From assembly GCA_963793265.1 (NCBI GenBank), contig CAWBZI010000001.1, forward strand, positions 1,824,001 through 1,888,000: a DNA stretch of 64,000 bases, given 5' to 3'. Positions 33,437 through 43,367 of this stretch are shown piece by piece (positions within the stretch are counted from its first letter, which is position 1; each line of letters starts with the position of its first letter). Under the pieces are notes generated by a model. It was not told where the DNA came from and made no database searches. It saw only the letters and a list, made by a program, of their open reading frames with translations. A program made the translations under genes and the position numbers. This stretch comes from an uncultured cyanobacterium. GTDB lineage: Bacteria > Cyanobacteriota > Cyanobacteriia > Phormidesmidales > Phormidesmidaceae.

Positions 33437-35101
33437 ATGCTGAATAGAATCCTGAACTTACCACTTTCCATTTCCGCTTTTACGTTAACTCTACTAGGTG
33501 CCACCTTTAGCGCTCAGGCCGCAACCGTGATTGGCGGGCCTACCAGCGGGCAGTTCAAGGTCAGTGATTTACCCAACGGCAACTATCGCTTTTGTAGCGA
33601 TCGCCCTACCTCTGAAGCCAGCGAAGAGCCCGGCCAGCCGACAGGAGCCTGCTTTAGGTTCAATAAGCAGAGCGATCGCGTCATTGGCACCTACTACTAC
33701 CCCAACACAGGCGAGAGCATTTGCTTTCGAGGCCGCGTTAATAGCAACACGCTCAGCGGCCAGGCGATCGAAAGGTTGCAGGGCGACATTGCCACTTCAG
33801 TAGAATTCTCACGTGGGGCGCTGACGAACTGGCAGGAAAAAGGCTTTCTAAAAGTTGGTCAGGGCATCTACGTAGACGATCTCAACCGTCGCGATGCCAT
33901 TCGCTACCGCAGCGCGCTGCTGAACCTCAATAACTTTTACCAGTACAATGCCGGGGCTATCTCGCCCCCTAGCAACTGTCCGACTCGGCCTAGCAGCACG
34001 CTCAGCGTCTCCCCTACGCCTGATAGTTTAGAAGAACTTGGCACGTCGCTTTTCTATAACAAACCTGTTTCTCTAGTCACTAGCAGCATTCAGCCAGTAG
34101 AGGGTGATGCCGACGTTTACGCCTATACAACAATCATCGGCTTCCCGGCTCGCTTGAGTGAAAGTGAGTATCAGGTGAACTGTCGTAATGCGGAGACGGT
34201 TTTGCTATTGCGATCGCGCTACTACGACAGCGATGGTGATTTGCAAGAGCTTGAGCTAGTCGATCGTCTGGTTGCAGCCAATCAAGAGAACGCGGCCACC
34301 ACTCAGCGCTACAATGCCAATCGCTACGTCTGCCGTGAGCAGGCACAGCTATCTGGTGATACCGATACTAATGCGGCTGATACTGATGTGATCGCTGCGC
34401 CTGAAGAGGTGAGCTACAAGCGCTATCGAAATGAGAAGTTTGACTATTCTGTGCTCTATCCTGACGCTATCTTGATGCCTCAAGGTGAATCGCCAGATCA
34501 AGGCGGCCAGGTATTCGAGAGCGAAGATGGCGAGATTGTGCTGCGAGTGTATGGCGTGGCGCAAGCCGAGGGTGAGACGCTAGTAGAGCGATATGAGCAG
34601 GCGCGAGCCGATCGCAGTGTGACCTATCAAACCCGAGAAGATAATGACTTTTTCGTGGTGTCGGGTAACGATGACGGCAGCGTGTTCTATCAAAAGACCC
34701 TTCTAGAGAACGGTGTTTTTAAGGTTCTAGAGCTGCAATATTCGCAGGCTTTACGGCGGGAGTTTGATGCGGCAGCGCGGGCGATCGCGGATTCCTTTGC
34801 ACCGATAGAATCTGGCGCGGGCCTTGCTCAGCTACCAGCAGACGTGCAAACGGCAGTGCTAGAAGCAGCCTCTGCTAATACCGAAGCCGCATCAGCCATT
34901 TTCCAGATTGTAGATGTAGAGCAAGAAGTGTGGCCGGGTGGATGCTTGGGCTTGCCTCAGCCAGACGAAGCCTGCACCAGAGAGCTGGTTCAAGGGTGGC
35001 GCGTACGGCTAGAAGCTGAGGTGGCAGGCGGCATTCGGCAGTTTACCTATCGCACAGATGACACCGGTAGTCGGGTCAGATTTGAGCCTCAGCAGCAATA
35101 A
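33437..35101 (+). CDS. Secreted multi-domain hypothetical protein
   Basis: Signal peptide (AQA); Cys-paired modules; PsbP-like YRNEKFDYSVLYP segment; C-terminal WPGGCLGL...C...GWRV module. Confidence 0.7.
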   Translation: MLNRILNLPLSISAFTLTLLGATFSAQAATVIGGPTSGQFKVSDLPNGNYRFCSDRPTSEASEEPGQPTGACFRFNKQSDRVIGTYYYPNTGESICFRGRVNSNTLSGQAIERLQGDIATSVEFSRGALTNWQEKGFLKVGQGIYVDDLNRRDAIRYRSALLNLNNFYQYNAGAISPPSNCPTRPSSTLSVSPTPDSLEELGTSLFYNKPVSLVTSSIQPVEGDADVYAYTTIIGFPARLSESEYQVNCRNAETVLLLRSRYYDSDGDLQELELVDRLVAANQENAATTQRYNANRYVCREQAQLSGDTDTNAADTDVIAAPEEVSYKRYRNEKFDYSVLYPDAILMPQGESPDQGGQVFESEDGEIVLRVYGVAQAEGETLVERYEQARADRSVTYQTREDNDFFVVSGNDDGSVFYQKTLLENGVFKVLELQYSQALRREFDAAARAIADSFAPIESGAGLAQLPADVQTAVLEAASANTEAASAIFQIVDVEQEVWPGGCLGLPQPDEACTRELVQGWRVRLEAEVAGGIRQFTYRTDDTGSRVRFEPQQQ

Positions 35102-35155
35102 AAAAAGTCCAAACACCCCGCAGGCATCGCCAGAATTGTGGGGGCGTAAGGCTTT

Positions 35156-35394
35156 CATTGGTGTCAACTTAAGGCTGAAATGCTTGCAGTCATAGGTGTT
35201 CAGCATACGTTTCGTAGCCCTCATCCCTAGCCCTTTAAAGACACAACTTAGTGACACCTTGGTAGCATAGTGCGTTTTCCCGAGGGGAGAAGGGAACCCG
35301 GACTCTGAAGTCCTTCTCCCCTCGGGAGAAGGATTTAGGATGAGGGCTGAGCAGCTTACGCCACAGGGGATACATGCTTAAGTTGACACCAATG
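35156..35394. mobile_element. 239-bp MITE, copy 1
   Basis: TIR CATTGGTGTCAACTTAAG / CTTAAGTTGACACCAATG; 8-bp TSD AAGGCTTT at 35148-35155 and 35395-35402. Confidence 0.92.
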
Positions 35395-35562
35395 AAGGCT
35401 TTACGCCCTCCGGCGCAGCAAATCATTAAATCTTCGATTACAAAGAGCCGCATATCTAGAAATGTTAATTTGTGAGTACCTCACATAGCGCAAAGTAGCC
35501 ACCGCTGTAAATTAGGGGCTCTATGAGCACAGATTGACGCCGTGCAGTTTACGAAGCTTCCT

Positions 35563-36192
35563 ATGCCCAGCGATGCCTACAGTACAACTTCCTTGGCCTG
35601 GCGGACTCGTTTGCTCTGGCAGCGTTTTAGAGAGTGGATGGAATATCGGGCGTCTTTAATTGACGTGGATTTTCCTGACTTCCCTGAGCTACCCGAGTGG
35701 TCGTTTCCAGCCGAGGTGGCTCAAGTGCTGTTTTGGCTGCTGCTGGTTGCGCTGACTGCCTGGCTAGGCTTGCTGCTATACCGGGCCTTTGGGCCTTCGA
35801 TTCGAGAGTGGCTAGAGCGCGATCAAAAGTGGGTAAAGCTCGGCGGCAGTCCGTCTACGGCGGCAGAAGATCGCAGCGTTCAGTATTGGCAGCAGCAGGC
35901 GCAGGATTTGGCAAAGCAGGGTAACTATGCCGCTGCTTGTAAGGCGCTGTATCGGGCGACGCTGCAACGTCTGCATGATGCTCAGGTGCTCAAGCATGAC
36001 GCGAGTCGGACAGATGGCGAGTATATGACGGGGCTGCGTCGGCTGTTGGGCGATATGCCAAGACCCTATCAACTGCTGATTGGGACGCATGAGCGGCTGG
36101 TGTATGGGCGTGCGATCGCCTCAGCCGAAATGTTCAAACGCTGCCGCAGTGCTTATGAAGCGCTACAAGCCGAGGAGACGCCAAAGCGATGA
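35563..36192 (+). CDS. DUF4129 domain membrane protein
   Basis: One TM helix, then AKQGNYAAACKALY...SRTDGEY...HERLVYG. Confidence 0.85.
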   Translation: MPSDAYSTTSLAWRTRLLWQRFREWMEYRASLIDVDFPDFPELPEWSFPAEVAQVLFWLLLVALTAWLGLLLYRAFGPSIREWLERDQKWVKLGGSPSTAAEDRSVQYWQQQAQDLAKQGNYAAACKALYRATLQRLHDAQVLKHDASRTDGEYMTGLRRLLGDMPRPYQLLIGTHERLVYGRAIASAEMFKRCRSAYEALQAEETPKR

Positions 36193-37307
36193 ATATTTCT
36201 CGTCCTCGTCGCCGCAACATTGTCATTGGACTGGTTGCGATCGCCCTATTAGCCCTCTTTCTCGTCGCCGCCCCCGCCAGCAACCGTATCAACAGCGGTT
36301 CTACCTGGGGCACCTCACCTGATGGCTACGGAGCCTGGTACGACTACATGCAGGCGCAAGGCGCACCCATTGAACGGTGGCAGCGCCCTATCGATCAGCT
36401 TATAGCGCAAGTTGAAGGCGCATCAGCCAGCGAACCTGCAACGCTATTGCGAGTCGTCCCTGCTGCTGTGGGCACTCAAATGATTGGACAGTCCGGGCTA
36501 GGCGATTGGATAGAGCAAGGGAACCGTTTAATTGTTTTAAGCCAGCAGCAGCCAGCGACAGCCGCCCCTTTTGAATCGCGGATATCTTCGGAAGGAGACG
36601 CCGTGAAAGTTTCAACGCGTCGCCGCTTTGATGAAAAAGGAACAGAATATTTACTAGCCGATGACTATGGTGCAGTCGTCTGGCAAGACAAAGACGACGC
36701 CAGCGATATTATTTTCTCGACCACGCCATTTATTGCTGCAAATGCGTATCGTGATGAGGCTGATAACTTCGAGTTTTTAGCCAGATTGGTACAACAGTCC
36801 GAAGGGCCCATTTGGGTAGATGAGTACATTCACGGCTACAAGGATAGCGATGTGGTAGTTGAAGAAGTGGCAGGTACCTGGCTTGGCTATTTGTCTCAAA
36901 CACCGCTACTTGTTGTTGTGCTGCAATCTGTTGTTGTTTTGATAGTTGCGTTAATCGCTCAGAACCGTCGCTTGGGCGTTAGAAAACAGATTTCAGTCTT
37001 GCAGGTCAATAATAGTGAGGCTTATATCAAGGCTTTGGCGGGCGTACTGCATAAGGCGAACAGTCACGATTTTTTAGTAGAAACCTTGACCCGCGCTGAG
37101 CAGAAGGCGCTTCAGCGATCACTCGGCTTAGGTGAAGCCCCCGTGCCCCTAGCCACCTTGCAAACCGCCTGGCAGCAGTCTACCGGCAAAAGTTCAGACG
37201 AGTTAAACGTTTTGCAATCTGCACCCAGAGGCGACTCGGCCCTGCAATCTTGGCTACGGCAGCTTCAGTCCCTCCGCACTCTTGTAAACAAGGAACAACA
37301 ATCATGA
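36189..37307 (+). CDS. DUF4350 domain protein
   Basis: GSTWGTSPDGYGAWY, WVDEYIHGY, NRRLG, EAYIKALA. Confidence 0.85.
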   Translation: MNISRPRRRNIVIGLVAIALLALFLVAAPASNRINSGSTWGTSPDGYGAWYDYMQAQGAPIERWQRPIDQLIAQVEGASASEPATLLRVVPAAVGTQMIGQSGLGDWIEQGNRLIVLSQQQPATAAPFESRISSEGDAVKVSTRRRFDEKGTEYLLADDYGAVVWQDKDDASDIIFSTTPFIAANAYRDEADNFEFLARLVQQSEGPIWVDEYIHGYKDSDVVVEEVAGTWLGYLSQTPLLVVVLQSVVVLIVALIAQNRRLGVRKQISVLQVNNSEAYIKALAGVLHKANSHDFLVETLTRAEQKALQRSLGLGEAPVPLATLQTAWQQSTGKSSDELNVLQSAPRGDSALQSWLRQLQSLRTLVNKEQQS

Positions 37308-38254
37308 ATGAGCTGCAAGCCAGCCTCAGCCGCATCAGCAAATCGGTCAATCAGGTCGTCGTCGGTCAGCAGGGACTCGTCAATCAGCTACTTGTCGCCC
37401 TGCTCGCAGGCGGACACGTGATTTTAGAAGGCGTGCCCGGTACCGGCAAAACCCTGCTTGTGAAAGTAATCTCGCAGCTTCTTCAGGCCGACTTTTGCCG
37501 GGTGCAGCTCACGCCTGACATCTTACCCTCTGATATTCTAGGCACCAACGTATTTGACCTCAACAGTCGAACGTTCGATCTGAAAAAAGGCCCGGTGTTT
37601 ACTCAGGTTTTACTGGCTGATGAAGTCAACCGCACGCCGCCCAAAACTCAGGCGGCTCTGTTGGAAGCCATGGAAGAGCAGCAGGTCACGCTCGATGGCA
37701 CTAGCCATCCGCTTCCTGACTTGTTTTGGGTAGTTGCCACGCAAAACCCCTTGGAATACGAAGGGACTTATCCGCTGCCCGAAGCCCAGCTAGACCGCTT
37801 TTTGTTTAAGCTCATCGTTGACTATCCAACGCCTGAAGCCGAAAAGCAAATGCTGATGAATGCGCAGGCGGGCTTTGAGGCTAAGCGAGCAGATTTAGCG
37901 CAAATTCAGCCGGTGACGACTGCCGCTGACATTTTGAAAGTGCGACAGGCGGTAAATCAGGTGACGGTACAGGAGCCTGTTTTAGATTATCTGCTGGCGC
38001 TGGCCCAAAAGACTCGGCAGCATTCTGATTTGGATGTGGGCACTTCGCCTAGAGCGGTAGTGCAGTGGCTCAGGGCGAGTAAGTCTTACGCCTGGCTGCA
38101 CGGTCAGGATTACGTTTCGCCGGATGCTGTAAAAGCGGTTTCTCTGCCATTGCTTCGACATCGGTTAATTTTAGGCGCAGAGGCTCAGCTTGATGGATCT
38201 AGCACGGATGATGTGATTCGCGGTTTGTTAGAAAGTGTGCCGGTACCTCGTTAA
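37304..38254 (+). CDS. moxR: MoxR-family AAA+ ATPase
   Basis: GVPGTGKT, LLADEVNRTPPKTQAALLEAM, YPLPEAQLDRF; ATGA overlap with the upstream gene. Confidence 0.93.
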   Translation: MNELQASLSRISKSVNQVVVGQQGLVNQLLVALLAGGHVILEGVPGTGKTLLVKVISQLLQADFCRVQLTPDILPSDILGTNVFDLNSRTFDLKKGPVFTQVLLADEVNRTPPKTQAALLEAMEEQQVTLDGTSHPLPDLFWVVATQNPLEYEGTYPLPEAQLDRFLFKLIVDYPTPEAEKQMLMNAQAGFEAKRADLAQIQPVTTAADILKVRQAVNQVTVQEPVLDYLLALAQKTRQHSDLDVGTSPRAVVQWLRASKSYAWLHGQDYVSPDAVKAVSLPLLRHRLILGAEAQLDGSSTDDVIRGLLESVPVPR

Positions 38255-38270
38255 ATAAAACAACAACATT

Positions 38271-39587
38271 ATGGTTCCGACTAAAAGAACATACGGGCTC
38301 CTAATTGCAGGCGGGGCGATCGCAACTCTCCTAGCAACCTTTGGCCGTGACACCAACCAAATAGCACCCACCTTACTCCTCCTCTTCTGCTTCGACGGCG
38401 CGATCCTCTTGGCCATGCTCTTCGACGGCCTGCAAACCCGAAAGCAGCGCGTCGAAATATCTCGCGTCCCTTTGCAGCGTCTATCCATCGGACGCGACAA
38501 CCCTATTGAACTAGACATCAAGTCCAAAGCCGCTGCCGATCTGCTGATATACGACAGCTATCCAGCGGCCTTTGCAGGGCCAGAAATGCCGCTGCGAGCA
38601 AAGCTGCTGGCAAATGGTACCCAAACGCTCAACTACACCGTGAATCCTAAGCGCCGGGGCGACTATGCCTGGGGTGATATTGAAGTGAGGCAGCGCGGGC
38701 CGCTGAAGCTAGCCTGGGCAGGGTGGCGCATCCCGGCGGCTGAATCGGTGGCAGTCTATCCTGATTTGATTGGCCTGCGGCAGCTTTCCATTCGCCTCGC
38801 TTTGCAGTCTACAGGCACCCTGCGGCAGAAGCGACGTATGGGCGTAGGGACTGAGTTTGCTGAGCTAAGAGAATACGGGGCGGGCGACGATCTGCGCTTT
38901 ATTGACTGGAAGGCAACGGCCCGGCGCTCTCAGCCGCTGATTCGTGTTTTAGAACCTGAGAAAGAACAAACGTTGATTATCTTGCTCGACCGGGGGCGAC
39001 TGATGACGGCTCAGGTGCAAGGGCTCTCTCGGTTTGACTGGGGGCTGAACGCGACGTTGGCGCTGGCATTAGCGGGGATTAGTCGGGGCGATCGCGTCGG
39101 CATCGGCATCTTTGATCGCACCCTCCACACCTGGATGCCGCCTAAACGCGGCCAGCCCTACCTGCGCCAGATGATCGAAAAGCTCACGCCTATTCAACCT
39201 GATCTAGTCGAGTCCGATTATCTAGGCGCGGTGACCCACGTGGTTAGAGCGCAGAATCGCCGGGCCTTGGTAGTTGCCATTACAGATGTAGTGGATCAGA
39301 CGGCTTCGGCTGAGCTATTATCGGCGCTGATTCGGTTGCGATCGCGCTACCTCCCCTTTTGCGTCACCCTCCGCGACCCGCAGATGGATACTCAGGCCCA
39401 GTCGATCCAAACCACAGTTGCCGGAGCCTACGAAAAAGCTGTTGCAATTGACCTAATTGCGCAAAGACAGGCTGCACTAAGTCGCCTCAAAAAGAGCGGC
39501 GTTATGGTGCTAGATGCGCCTGCCAATGTCATCACAGAGCCGCTAGTAGATAGCTATTTGCGCATTAAAGCCCGCGCTCAGCTATAG
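38271..39587 (+). CDS. DUF58 (VWA-like) protein
   Basis: GTEFAELREYGAGDDLRFIDWKATAR, LLDRGRLM, GDRVG. Confidence 0.9.
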   Translation: MVPTKRTYGLLIAGGAIATLLATFGRDTNQIAPTLLLLFCFDGAILLAMLFDGLQTRKQRVEISRVPLQRLSIGRDNPIELDIKSKAAADLLIYDSYPAAFAGPEMPLRAKLLANGTQTLNYTVNPKRRGDYAWGDIEVRQRGPLKLAWAGWRIPAAESVAVYPDLIGLRQLSIRLALQSTGTLRQKRRMGVGTEFAELREYGAGDDLRFIDWKATARRSQPLIRVLEPEKEQTLIILLDRGRLMTAQVQGLSRFDWGLNATLALALAGISRGDRVGIGIFDRTLHTWMPPKRGQPYLRQMIEKLTPIQPDLVESDYLGAVTHVVRAQNRRALVVAITDVVDQTASAELLSALIRLRSRYLPFCVTLRDPQMDTQAQSIQTTVAGAYEKAVAIDLIAQRQAALSRLKKSGVMVLDAPANVITEPLVDSYLRIKARAQL

Positions 39588-39721
39588 CGTCATTTTGAAG
39601 ATAGTCATTTCAAAATCCGTTGTTCTTACGGATGTCGCTGCTAAATGAATAGGCAATAACGCAAATAGCGTGGCTGTTGTTTTATGGCCACAGCCTACTC
39701 ATTTTTGCGAGAGAATTGACT

Positions 39722-40900
39722 ATGCCATCCAGTCTAGAATTGAACATTAACAATATCGTTGCTGCTGCCAATGGAAGCCCGACTTTTGCGGGGCTTATTG
39801 AAGGCTTACAGACGCAGCCCGTCAACACATTGTTCAGCAGCTTAGGGGCACAGGTTCTTACAACGCAGTTTTATCTTGGCAGTCAAAACCTACCGTCACT
39901 CTTTCCTGCTACCAGTGCGATCACAGGCTTAGGTGCCTTTGGTCAAGCCATTCTAAACGACGATATTCTTCCTGATGTTGCACCTAGCGACCCGGCCTCG
40001 GATGTCTTAGGCAGTACGCTTTCTAACCTTCAAGCTAAAGTCATTGAGCTACAGAACTTAGGCGTCAGTACCGTTGCATTTCCGACTCTTACGCAAAGCG
40101 CGGCGCTTGCCTATGTCGCAACGCTGGCCTACAACACAGCGTCTACTGGCACGAGCAACCCCGATGCTTTGATCAACGGCCAGAATGGTCAGCTTGTGCT
40201 TAACGGCGGTGCGGGCGATGACCTTATCGGTAATCTGGGCCGCGGCGACTATCAGCTCAATGGTGGCGACGGTGACGACATTATGGCAAATATCAGCCGA
40301 TTCACCAGCGTTTTAGATGGCGGAGAGGGTAACGACTGGCTGCTCAATATTGGTACGCGCGGCAAGACTGTGAAGGGCGGCGCGGGTGATGACACGCTGA
40401 TAAATATTGGCAGTCGGCGCAACCGTTTGATGGGCGGCGATGGCAACGATATGTTGTTCAACTACGGTGAAGATAACAACTTTTTAAACGGCGGTAAGGG
40501 CGACGATTTAATCGTTCACTTTGGCAACGACGCGAAGATATTTGGGGGCGCAGGTAAAGATACGCTCGTCGGTGGTACTGGCGATGATTTGCTCAACGGT
40601 GGTGGCGGCGATGATGTTTTGGTCGGCAACGGCGGTAGCGATACCTTCTTCCTGAGCATGAGAGCCAATCTTGTACTTGGTGGGCTAGCCACTGCGTTTG
40701 CTGGCTTAGATGTCATTGCTGACTTTGATGATGCTGTAGATGAGTTGAAGCTGAGAGTGACTGGCAGTGGTCGCAGCTCAGTAAACAACAGTGACTTGTC
40801 ATTTGATAGTACGAGCGGCGTACTTTCGTATGATGGAGCGAATTTGGCGGTGCTCGAAGGCGTTAGCAACTTTGATGTGAATACGGTTCAGATCGTTTAG
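39722..40900 (+). CDS. RTX-type calcium-binding repeat protein
   Basis: GGxGDD repeats with about 20-aa spacing; C-terminal DVIADF...GVLSYDG tail. Confidence 0.85.
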   Translation: MPSSLELNINNIVAAANGSPTFAGLIEGLQTQPVNTLFSSLGAQVLTTQFYLGSQNLPSLFPATSAITGLGAFGQAILNDDILPDVAPSDPASDVLGSTLSNLQAKVIELQNLGVSTVAFPTLTQSAALAYVATLAYNTASTGTSNPDALINGQNGQLVLNGGAGDDLIGNLGRGDYQLNGGDGDDIMANISRFTSVLDGGEGNDWLLNIGTRGKTVKGGAGDDTLINIGSRRNRLMGGDGNDMLFNYGEDNNFLNGGKGDDLIVHFGNDAKIFGGAGKDTLVGGTGDDLLNGGGGDDVLVGNGGSDTFFLSMRANLVLGGLATAFAGLDVIADFDDAVDELKLRVTGSGRSSVNNSDLSFDSTSGVLSYDGANLAVLEGVSNFDVNTVQIV

Positions 40901-40957
40901 CGTGATTTGAAAGACTGGTAGATAGATAACAACATTGGGTAGAGGGCGTAAGACCTT

Positions 40958-41196
40958 CATTGGTGTCAACTTAAGCATGTATCCCTTGTGGCGTAAGCTG
41001 CTCAGCCCTCATCCTAAATCCTTCTCCCGAAGGGAGAAGGACTTCAGAGTCCGGGTTCCCTTCTCCCCTCGGGAAAACGCACTATGCTACCAAGGTGTCA
41101 CTAAGTTGTGTCTTTAAAGGGCTAGGGATGAGGGCTACGAAACGTATGCTGAACACCTATGACTGCAAGCATTTCAGCCTTAAGTTGACACCAATG
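40958..41196. mobile_element. 239-bp MITE, copy 2 (inverted relative to copy 1)
   Basis: Same 18-bp TIRs; 8-bp TSD AAGACCTT at 40950-40957 and 41197-41204; I see two substitutions versus copy 1. Confidence 0.92.
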
Positions 41197-41224
41197 AAGA
41201 CCTTACGCCCCTACGGAATCTGCG

Positions 41225-41248
41225 GTAGGGGCGTAGGGCTTTACGCCC
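41225..41248. repeat. Intact REP-like hairpin
   Basis: GTAG-GGGCGTAG-GGCT-TTACGCCC; same family as the hairpins interrupted by both MITEs. Confidence 0.8.
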
Positions 41249-41258
41249 AGTGCAACAA

Positions 41259-42257
41259 TTAAGGCATCATCTCAGGCCGCTGCCGCTGACAATAGCGCAC
41301 CAGTCCAATAAATATCACTGTCCCCACCACGTATTTAAGCTCATTTGGAATCCAGGTCTGCGGTGAGAAAAACCCTTCAATAATCCCCGCAATCACCAGC
41401 ATCGGCACAATGCCGTACACGAGCTTAGCTGCCTGCAATCCATACACCTTCAGCGCGTCAATCCGCTTATACTGCCCCGGCAGCAAAATGGCTCTGGCTA
41501 ACAGCAGCCCCGCTCCCCCCGCAAAGAAAATCGCCGGTAGCTCTAAAGATCCATGCGGGAACACAAACGCCCACAGGTCATAAGCGAGATTGACCTGCGC
41601 TACTAAAGCGGACACGCAGCCGATCATGACGCCGTTGAACACTAATAGATAGACCGTGAACCCGCCAGGTGGCGTAATCAGCGGCACCTCTTTTAGGTAC
41701 ATCGCAATGCCGCCAATCATGGCGAAAAAAGAAACGGAAATATTGTTGATCATGAGGCCGCTAGAGGCGATTGGCTCAACGCCCATAATCGAAACTGTCC
41801 ATAGCTCTTTGCTAGAGCGCACCTCTTCGACAAAGCCATTGCCGAGCACCAGGGTCATAAAGCTGTCGTCTTGCCAGGCGTACCACCAGCCAATCGCACC
41901 GCCGATAAAAAATAGTAGGGTTGCGATCGCAATATACACCCAAGAGCGCTGCACCACTTCTGGAAAGCCATAGCGGTAGAAGTCTTTCAGTTCGCTCCAT
42001 TCCTGCCGCCGAGAGCCCTGATAAATCTGGCTATAGCCCCTCGTCGTAAGCCCCCGCAAATCTTTAATCACCGCTGGACTAATTTGATAGCTTTGCGCGC
42101 GCGCTAAATCAGCTGATACCGACCGATACAAACTAGCCATCTGTCGCACCTGATCGCTTGTCAGAGACTTCAGTCCCTTCTTTTCAGCCTGCTTAAGGAG
42201 CTGTTCAAGCTGCCGCCAGCTCTTTTCGCGCCGGGCTATCCATCGCTGCACATTCAT
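41259..42257 (-). CDS. SpoIIM (DUF95) family membrane protein
   Basis: LYRSVSADLARA, LMINNISV, FPHGSLELPAIF, IAGIIEGFFSP. Confidence 0.88.
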   Translation of the reverse strand: MNVQRWIARREKSWRQLEQLLKQAEKKGLKSLTSDQVRQMASLYRSVSADLARAQSYQISPAVIKDLRGLTTRGYSQIYQGSRRQEWSELKDFYRYGFPEVVQRSWVYIAIATLLFFIGGAIGWWYAWQDDSFMTLVLGNGFVEEVRSSKELWTVSIMGVEPIASSGLMINNISVSFFAMIGGIAMYLKEVPLITPPGGFTVYLLVFNGVMIGCVSALVAQVNLAYDLWAFVFPHGSLELPAIFFAGGAGLLLARAILLPGQYKRIDALKVYGLQAAKLVYGIVPMLVIAGIIEGFFSPQTWIPNELKYVVGTVIFIGLVRYCQRQRPEMMP

Positions 42258-42450
42258 ACGTGTGAGCCTTCATCTACGGTTAAGGCTTTCAGGATACCGC
42301 TAAGTCGGGGCTTCTTGGCCCGTGGGTTTACGGGCGGGTTGGCATGGGCGATCGCACATCGCAAAAAGTTCATGATCGCATAGCATTTCTAATTTCTGTA
42401 GTAATCTGACACAACTGCTATACGCATACTTGTTTAAAGGGCATTGCATA

Positions 42451-43284
42451 ATGACTTCCTCTTTATATTCCATACCAGGGCCACTCAATCCCGGCGATGT
42501 CGTTAGCGCCGCACTGCGGATCTATCGCGACAGATTTAAAGCTTATTTTGAAATTTCGGCCAAAGCAGTTCTTTGGGCAATCGTGCCGATTTATGGCTGG
42601 GCAAAGTTTTCTCTATACGTCAGCATGATGTCGCGCCTGGCCTTTCAAGAGCTTATGAACGCACCTGAAACGCCTCGGAATGCTCACCAGCAGCTCAAAC
42701 CGAAGCTCTGGTCATTTCTTTGGTTAGGCTTTCTGCTGTTTTTCATATTTGCTGCTGCCTTTTTTGTCGTCATTATTGCTACTGCCATTGTCGCTGGCGT
42801 TATTGGCACAGCCGCGACCTATCTACTGACCGCAATCTTTGGCCCAGGCGGTACCGTCTTTGGCAGCCTGATTACAGGGCTATTGTTTGCCGTGTTATTC
42901 GTCATCGGCCTGCTGTGGATTGTTAGCCGACTGATGATCGCTGAAGTGCCTTTGGCCATCGAGCCAGACACAGGAGCCAGCGACAGCATAGGTCGGAGCT
43001 GGCAGCTTACCAAAAGCTCTATTGTGCGGATTCAGTTCGTTGTACTAGCGGCTTATCTTATCACCTTGCCCTTCAACATCATTGTGGGATTTCTTCCTCA
43101 AATTTTCCTTTTTGCCTTAGAGCCCGGTACGTTTGCCTACTCGCTGCTCTACTTCGTCTCTATTGTTTTGAGCCTGCTAGCTAACATGGTGACGCTGCCC
43201 TTTTGGCAGGCGGTTAAAGGCGTGCTTTATTACGATGTACGCAGCCGCCGCGAAGGTTTGGATCTCAAGATAAATCAGTTCTGA
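42451..43284 (+). CDS. Multi-pass membrane protein (DUF975/GDPD membrane-domain-like)
   Basis: PLNPGDVVSAALRIYR, SIGRSWQLTK, LYYDVRSRREGLDL. Confidence 0.75.
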   Translation: MTSSLYSIPGPLNPGDVVSAALRIYRDRFKAYFEISAKAVLWAIVPIYGWAKFSLYVSMMSRLAFQELMNAPETPRNAHQQLKPKLWSFLWLGFLLFFIFAAAFFVVIIATAIVAGVIGTAATYLLTAIFGPGGTVFGSLITGLLFAVLFVIGLLWIVSRLMIAEVPLAIEPDTGASDSIGRSWQLTKSSIVRIQFVVLAAYLITLPFNIIVGFLPQIFLFALEPGTFAYSLLYFVSIVLSLLANMVTLPFWQAVKGVLYYDVRSRREGLDLKINQF

Positions 43285-43367
43285 TCTATCTGAAATGTAG
43301 CAGAGCGCAGATGCAGGGCATAAAAGGAGCAGAATGCAAAAATGATAGAAATTCTGCTGAGGTGAGC

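Noticed and set aside
35235..35453. Near-identical small ORFs here and at 40935-41117
   Set aside because: They lie across the MITE copies and have no transposase motifs; the identity comes from the repeat.
39640..39705. c-di-GMP-I riboswitch
   Set aside because: GGCAA and ACGCAAA fragments are present, but the GNRA-capped P2 and receptor helix are missing; kept only as a generic structure.
35156..41196. Composite transposon formed by the two inverted MITEs
   Set aside because: Each copy has its own matching TSD pair, indicating independent insertions, and part of the MoxR cluster lies outside them.
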